64,000 nucleotides of DNA from Thermoanaerobaculia bacterium (GTDB lineage: Bacteria; Acidobacteriota; Thermoanaerobaculia; UBA5066), in the NCBI GenBank assembly GCA_038245905.1, contig JBBRRY010000002.1, forward strand, positions 1 through 64,000. Direction: 5' to 3'. Below, piece by piece: positions 59,169 to 64,000 of the stretch. Position numbers and translations under genes: made by a program. Below the pieces are notes generated by a model that saw only the letters and a list, made by a program, of their open reading frames with translations, was not told where the DNA came from and made no database searches. Each line of letters begins with the position of its first letter. Positions within the stretch are counted from its first letter, which is position 1.

Positions 59169-60644
59169 TCATGCGGACTCCGGCGTGCGCGGCCGGACGC
59201 TTCGATCGGGGAACCGCGACGTCACGGCGAGATTGACCAGGGCGAGGGCGAGGAGCACGGCGAAGACGGGCAGGAGCGACTGCTCGAGCGCGAGACGCAT
59301 CTCGCGGGGGACGTGCCCCTGCGTCAGGAGCGATCCGGCGGAATCGGCAGCCGCCCCCAGCCGGCGGGTCAGGCCGGCCGCGAGAATCCCGCCCAGGGCC
59401 CCGACGCCCAGCGAGCCGCCGACGGTGCGGAAGAAAGGCACGAGGCTCGTGGCGACGCCCCGGCGATTCTCTTCGACGACGTTCTGGATCGCGAGCACCT
59501 GGGAGAGTGACGACGGGCCGAGCCCGGCCCCGATCAGGCCGCACGCCGCGCTGATCGCAGCCACCGGAGCGTCGTATCGCGCCGCCACGAGGAGGCCCAC
59601 GAAGCCCGCAAGGATCAGGAGGGCGCCGACGCGGGCGGTCCTCCGGAAGCCGAAGCGGACGATGATCCGCGCCGCGATCGCCGCCGAGAGCGACCAGAAA
59701 AGGACGAGCGGTGTGATGACCGCGCCGGCTGCCCCCGCGGTGCCGCCGCGCGCGCCCTGCACGAAGAGCGGCACGAAAGTATCGACCCCGTAAATCGTCG
59801 TTCCGAGGAGAATCCCGCCTACGTACGGAGCCGCCGTGTCGGCATGCCGGAAAAGCTCTGGCGGAATGAGGGGATGCTTGCGCCGGGTTTGCAGCCGCGC
59901 GAAGAGTCCGAGCAGGGTGAAGCCCATGACCCCGAGGAAGAGGCGGACCCCCACGCCGAGCGCTCCCGCGCCGGCTCTCTCCAGAACTGCGAAAAGCAGC
60001 GCCCCGATCCCGAGAGCGAGCGTGAGCGCGCCCGCGACGTCGAGCGGATCGGACCCCGGCTTGCGCGATTCGATCATCTTCGTCGCGACGAGGTAAAGGG
60101 CGACGAGGCCGAGCGGCACGTTGATCGTAAAGATGGATCGCCATCCGAACGTGACCGTCAGGAACGCGCCGAGAAGCGGACCCACGAGGCTCGCGAACCC
60201 CCAGACGCCGCTGAAAAACGCCTGCACCCGTGCGCGCTCCTCCAGCGAATAGAGGTCGCCGGACACCGTGAGGGCGATCGGAACGAGGCCGCCCGCGCCC
60301 AGGCCCTGAAGGCCGCGCGCGACGATGAGCTGCGGCATCGACCGGGCCAGCGCGCACGCCACCGCCCCGGCCAGAAACACGAGCGTTGCGCCCATGAGGA
60401 TGCGGCGCCTCCCGTAAACGTCCGCGAGCCGGCCGTAGATCGGCATCGTGACGGTGGACGCGAGGAGGTAGATCGAGAAGACCCATGAGTAGAGAGGAAG
60501 TCCGCGGAGCTCGCCGATGATCGTCGGCATCGCCGTCGACACGACCGTGGACTCGAACGACGAAAGAGCCGTGACGAGAAGCAGGGCGATCGTGACGGCG
60601 CGGCGCCGCGCCGGGTCGAAACGGGGCTCGACGGAGGCCGGCAT
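59169..60644 (-). CDS. MFS drug-efflux transporter (DHA2/EmrB-like)
   Basis: [10 protein letters not shown], motif [36 protein letters not shown]; about 14 TMs. Confidence 0.92.
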   Translation of the reverse strand: MPASVEPRFDPARRRAVTIALLLVTALSSFESTVVSTAMPTIIGELRGLPLYSWVFSIYLLASTVTMPIYGRLADVYGRRRILMGATLVFLAGAVACALARSMPQLIVARGLQGLGAGGLVPIALTVSGDLYSLEERARVQAFFSGVWGFASLVGPLLGAFLTVTFGWRSIFTINVPLGLVALYLVATKMIESRKPGSDPLDVAGALTLALGIGALLFAVLERAGAGALGVGVRLFLGVMGFTLLGLFARLQTRRKHPLIPPELFRHADTAAPYVGGILLGTTIYGVDTFVPLFVQGARGGTAGAAGAVITPLVLFWSLSAAIAARIIVRFGFRRTARVGALLILAGFVGLLVAARYDAPVAAISAACGLIGAGLGPSSLSQVLAIQNVVEENRRGVATSLVPFFRTVGGSLGVGALGGILAAGLTRRLGAAADSAGSLLTQGHVPREMRLALEQSLLPVFAVLLALALVNLAVTSRFPDRSVRPRTPESA

Positions 60645-60664
60645 CGGCCGGCGAGAGTAGCAGG

Positions 60665-60853
60665 CGCCTCCGCGCCTACTACGCGCTCGGGGCGCGCTAC
60701 ATGACGCTGACCTACAACGTCACGCTCGACTGGGCCGACAGCGCGACGGACCCGCCCGCCCGCCACGGCGGTCTCACGAAGTTCGGCGAGGACGCCGTGC
60801 GCGAGATGAACCGGCTCGGGATGCTCGTGGACCTCTCCCACGTCGCGCCCTAG
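60665..60853 (+). pseudogene. Internal fragment of a membrane dipeptidase (peptidase M19)
   Basis: Translates [62 protein letters not shown]; no N-terminal half and a TAG at 60851. Confidence 0.85.
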
Positions 60854-60914
60854 ACGGTCGCGAAACGGCTCCGGTCTTCACAACCGCACTAGAATCCCGA
60901 AGCGGGAGTCACAC

Positions 60915-61625
60915 ATGGAACTAAAAGGCCGAGTCGTTCTCATCACGGGCGCGGGGCACGGCATCGGCCGCGCGCTGGCGCACGCCTTCGCGGCGGCGGG
61001 GGCGAAGGTCGCTCTCCTCGGGAAGACGAAGAAGAACCTGCTCGACGTGCAGAAGGAGCTGAAGGACTCCGGCGTCCCGACCGTCGTCCTCGCGGCGGAC
61101 GTCTCGGACGAGGGCGCGGTCTCGCGCGCCGTCGCCGCCGCCGAGCAACAGCTCGGGCCGGTGGACGTCCTCGTGAACAACGCGGGCATTTTCGTGCTGG
61201 CGCCGGTCGAGAAGCTGGACACGCTCGCCTTCGACCGGACGATCGCCGTCAACCTGCGTGGGCCCTTCCTCATGTCCCGCGCCGTGCTGCCCGGGATGAA
61301 ATCCCGCAAGCGCGGGCACATCGTGAACATCTCGTCGACGGCGGGCCGGCGCGGGTTCGCGGGCGGCGGCGCGTACTGCACGTCGAAATTCGGGCTCGCG
61401 GGCCTCACGGAGGCGATGCGGTACGAGGCCCGCACGTCGAACGTGCGTGTGACCTGCGTCTACCCGTCCACGGTGAACACCGGCCTCGTGAAGAAGGCGG
61501 GAATGGACCTAGTACCCGAACGCGCGATCCAGCCCGAGGACGTCGCGAACGCGGTCGTGTCGCTCGTGGCGATGGACGACCGCGCGATGACGACGGCCTT
61601 GGAGATCTGGCAGACGAACCCGTGA
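60915..61625 (+). CDS. Short-chain dehydrogenase/reductase
   Basis: GGGAG RBS; TGAGHGIG, NNAG, NISS, YCTSK. Confidence 0.93.
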   Translation: MELKGRVVLITGAGHGIGRALAHAFAAAGAKVALLGKTKKNLLDVQKELKDSGVPTVVLAADVSDEGAVSRAVAAAEQQLGPVDVLVNNAGIFVLAPVEKLDTLAFDRTIAVNLRGPFLMSRAVLPGMKSRKRGHIVNISSTAGRRGFAGGGAYCTSKFGLAGLTEAMRYEARTSNVRVTCVYPSTVNTGLVKKAGMDLVPERAIQPEDVANAVVSLVAMDDRAMTTALEIWQTNP

Positions 61626-62395
61626 CGGCTCCGGACGCCTCTCCAAGGCCGCACACGCCAGCGGCGCCTCCACACGCGAAGGGCACGTCCCGGCCCCGCC
61701 CCCGCCATCACCACGTGGAAGCCCACTTCTCGGGCTCCGAGACCGTGCGGGACGTCGTGCTCGGGATGTCCGACGGCCTCACGGTCCCCTTCGCACTCGC
61801 TGCGGGCCTTTCCGGCGCAGTTGCGAGCTCGCGCGTGATCCTCGTGGCAGGCGTCGCCGAGCTGGCCGCGGGCGCGATCGCTATGGGCCTCGGTGGATAT
61901 CTGGCCGCCAAGAGCGAGACCGATACGTGGCACAGCGAGCTGAAGCGCGAGTACGAAGAAGTGAAGGACGTTCCCGCGGAAGAGCAGGAAGAGGTCCGCA
62001 AGGTGTTCCGCGCCTGGGGCCTCGAGGGGGACACACTGGAAGCGGCCACGCACGCCGTCTGTGCGGATCACGATCGCTGGGTCGACTTCATGATGCGCGA
62101 GGAGCTCAACCTCTCGGAGCCCGATCCGAAGCGGGCCCGCGTCTCGGCGCTCACGATCGGCGGGTCGTACGTGGCCGGCGGGGCGATTCCGCTCGCTCCC
62201 TATCTCTTCGGGATGCCCGTCACGAGGGCTCTCGCCGCTTCGGTCGTCGTCACCCTCATCGCGCTCGCCGTCTTCGGAGCGTGGAAGGGCAAGCTCACGG
62301 GACGGCCGCCCGTCAGCGAGGCGCTGCGCACCGTGCTCGTCGGAGCCCTCGCGTCCGGAGCGGCCTATACGCTGGCCCGACTGATTTCCGGCTAA
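61622..62395 (+). CDS. VIT1/CCC1 iron/manganese transporter
   Basis: GTGA overlap; RDVVLGMSDGLTVPFALAAG, AGAIAMGLGGYLA, WVDFMMREEL, IPLAPY. Confidence 0.93.
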   Translation: MTAPDASPRPHTPAAPPHAKGTSRPRPRHHHVEAHFSGSETVRDVVLGMSDGLTVPFALAAGLSGAVASSRVILVAGVAELAAGAIAMGLGGYLAAKSETDTWHSELKREYEEVKDVPAEEQEEVRKVFRAWGLEGDTLEAATHAVCADHDRWVDFMMREELNLSEPDPKRARVSALTIGGSYVAGGAIPLAPYLFGMPVTRALAASVVVTLIALAVFGAWKGKLTGRPPVSEALRTVLVGALASGAAYTLARLISG

Positions 62396-62554
62396 ACCGC
62401 CGCTCCGGGCCAGCAGGGGCTGAGACACAGGATCAACAGGGTGATCCGTTTGCACCATTGAGGAAGACCCCGCCCCCCCGCACTCTGGCGCGCACCCGAA
62501 GGGCCCGTTCTGAGAGCCGTTCTTGGTCAATTCATTGGAGAAGGCGAGGCCGCT

Positions 62555-64000
62555 GTGCAACAACGAACAATCACGATCGCCATGGTCGGCGCGGGTGGCG
62601 ACGGAATCGTCACGATGGGCGACGTCCTCTCGCAGGCCGCCGCGCGCGATGGGCTCAACGTCCTGAAAACCGAGGCTTACGGCCCGCAGATTCGCGGCGG
62701 CGAATCCTCCTGCGTCGTCCGCCTCAGCGGCGACCCGATCTATGAATCGGGCGACGGCGCGGACGTCCTCGTCGTATTCAGCTGGGCCGACTTCAGCCGT
62801 TTCAAAGGCGAGTGCACCCCCGCGAAGAATGCCGTCGTCCTCTCGGACGAGGCCGATCCCGTCGCGCGCACGCCCGAGGACCTCGGACTCGGCGCGGACG
62901 CGGTCTGGATCAAGCTGCCGTTCGGGAAGCTGTCCACGGAGTCGGGCGCGAAGGGATCGAAGAACCTCGTGGGCCTCGGCGTTCTCACGGCTCTCTTCGG
63001 CCTGCCCGCGGAGACGCTTCGCCGCGCGGTGGTCTCCCGCTTCGGGAAGAAGAAGGCGGCCGTCGGCGAAGGCGCCCTGAAGGCGTTCGAGGCCGGCTTC
63101 CTTCTCGGTCAGACGCTGCCTCCGATGCCGGAGCGCCGGCTCGGCTTCACGCCGGGGCCCGCCAAGCTCATCATGTCGGGCAACGAAGCGACGGCGATCG
63201 GCGCCCTGCACGCGGGCTGTCGCTACTTCGCGGGCTATCCCATCACGCCTTCCACCGAAATCCTCATGTTCCTCGACGAGTGGCTTCCAAAGATGGGCGG
63301 CTCGCTCGTTCAGACGGAGGACGAGCTCTCCGCCATCGGCGCCGTCCTCGGCGCGTCGTTTGCGGGCCAGAAGGCGATGACGGCCACCTCCGGCCCCGGG
63401 CTCTCGCTCATGACCGAGATGCTCGGCCTCGCGTCGATGGCCGAGCTCCCTTGTGTCGTCGTGAACGTGCAGCGCGGGGGCCCGTCCACCGGCCTTCCCA
63501 CGAAAAGCGAGCAGTCGGATCTCTTCCAGGCGGTCTTCGCCGGACACGGCGATATGCCGCGCGTCGTTCTGGCCTGCTCGGACGTGGAGGACTCCTTCCA
63601 TACGACCGTCGACGCCTTCAACATCGCCGAGGAGTACCAGATCCCCGTCATCGTCCTCTCCGATCAGCTGGTCGCGGGCCGGCGGGAAACTTTCGACCCG
63701 GCGTCCCTCGTCCACGCCGTGCGCGAGCGGCGCCTTCCCACCGACGAGGAGCTGACCGACTATCACCGCTACCGGGAGACCCCCGACGGCGTCTCGCCGA
63801 TCGCGCGCCCCGGGATCAAGGGCGGGATCTATCAGACGAACGGCCTCGAGCACGACGAAGAGGGCAGCCCCGGCTCCGGGTTCGACCTTCACGAAGTGAT
63901 GAACGCGAAGCGGTACCGCAAGCTCATCCCCATCCGGGACGCCCATACGTTCCACCGGCGTTACGGCCCAAAAGACGCGGATATCGGCATCGTGTGCTGG
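62555..64000 (+). CDS. 2-oxoacid:ferredoxin oxidoreductase alpha(gamma) subunit, truncated by window end
   Basis: Not in the ORF track because it has no stop. GTG at 62555: TIAMVGAGGDGIVTMG, YGPQIRGGES, MSGNEA, FAGYPITPSTE, QTEDE, ATSGPGLSL, VQRGGPSTGLPT. Confidence 0.93.
   Translation, partial: MQQRTITIAMVGAGGDGIVTMGDVLSQAAARDGLNVLKTEAYGPQIRGGESSCVVRLSGDPIYESGDGADVLVVFSWADFSRFKGECTPAKNAVVLSDEADPVARTPEDLGLGADAVWIKLPFGKLSTESGAKGSKNLVGLGVLTALFGLPAETLRRAVVSRFGKKKAAVGEGALKAFEAGFLLGQTLPPMPERRLGFTPGPAKLIMSGNEATAIGALHAGCRYFAGYPITPSTEILMFLDEWLPKMGGSLVQTEDELSAIGAVLGASFAGQKAMTATSGPGLSLMTEMLGLASMAELPCVVVNVQRGGPSTGLPTKSEQSDLFQAVFAGHGDMPRVVLACSDVEDSFHTTVDAFNIAEEYQIPVIVLSDQLVAGRRETFDPASLVHAVRERRLPTDEELTDYHRYRETPDGVSPIARPGIKGGIYQTNGLEHDEEGSPGSGFDLHEVMNAKRYRKLIPIRDAHTFHRRYGPKDADIGIVCW

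Noticed and set aside
62410-62460. GGGGCTGAGA plus a hairpin upstream of the oxidoreductase as a TPP riboswitch
   Set aside because: The downstream conserved CCTGA...AATxC...GxAGG core is missing; only a weak 6-bp hairpin is present.

Overview
GC-rich (roughly 70% by eye), gene-dense chromosomal segment of a diderm bacterium. The gene set (Oar-like TonB-dependent receptor, GspG-like pilins, kinase-TonB fusion, MXAN_5187-like protein) suggests Acidobacteriota, possibly Thermoanaerobaculia; this is inference only. About 50 genes can be supported, and most other long ORFs in the track are GC-rich shadow frames. I saw no rRNA, tRNA, CRISPR array, integrase or transposase. Left part: lptD, a secreted protein, rfbD, a phytol-kinase/DUF92 fusion and a UbiA prenyltransferase; scoAB and thiolase; ruvX-mltG and a pseudokinase-TonB fusion; a DsbA-like lipoprotein; a 3-subunit acyl-CoA carboxylase; tldD/pmbA; selA. 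Centre (24.5-47.6 kb): an unusual type IV pilus locus. It has two tandem major pilins with matching non-canonical sigma54-like promoters, a YfhO-type GT-C glycosyltransferase, a prepilin peptidase carrying a PAS-like insertion, a PilS/PilR-like pair, a HEAT-repeat-PilT fusion plus a second PilT, fimT-pilV-pilW-pilX, a 1860-aa PilY1 whose vWA domain holds a 415-aa Thr/Pro stalk, and a second PilW-like gene. Right part: PGM1-like ATP-grasp ligase, malQ, Thermus-type glnK-amtB, GNAT, Ser/Thr kinase, Oar-like receptor, rluA, MFS, a dipeptidase gene remnant, SDR, VIT1 and a 2-oxoacid:ferredoxin oxidoreductase alpha subunit cut by the window end. All family calls come from motif recognition by eye; no database search was run.
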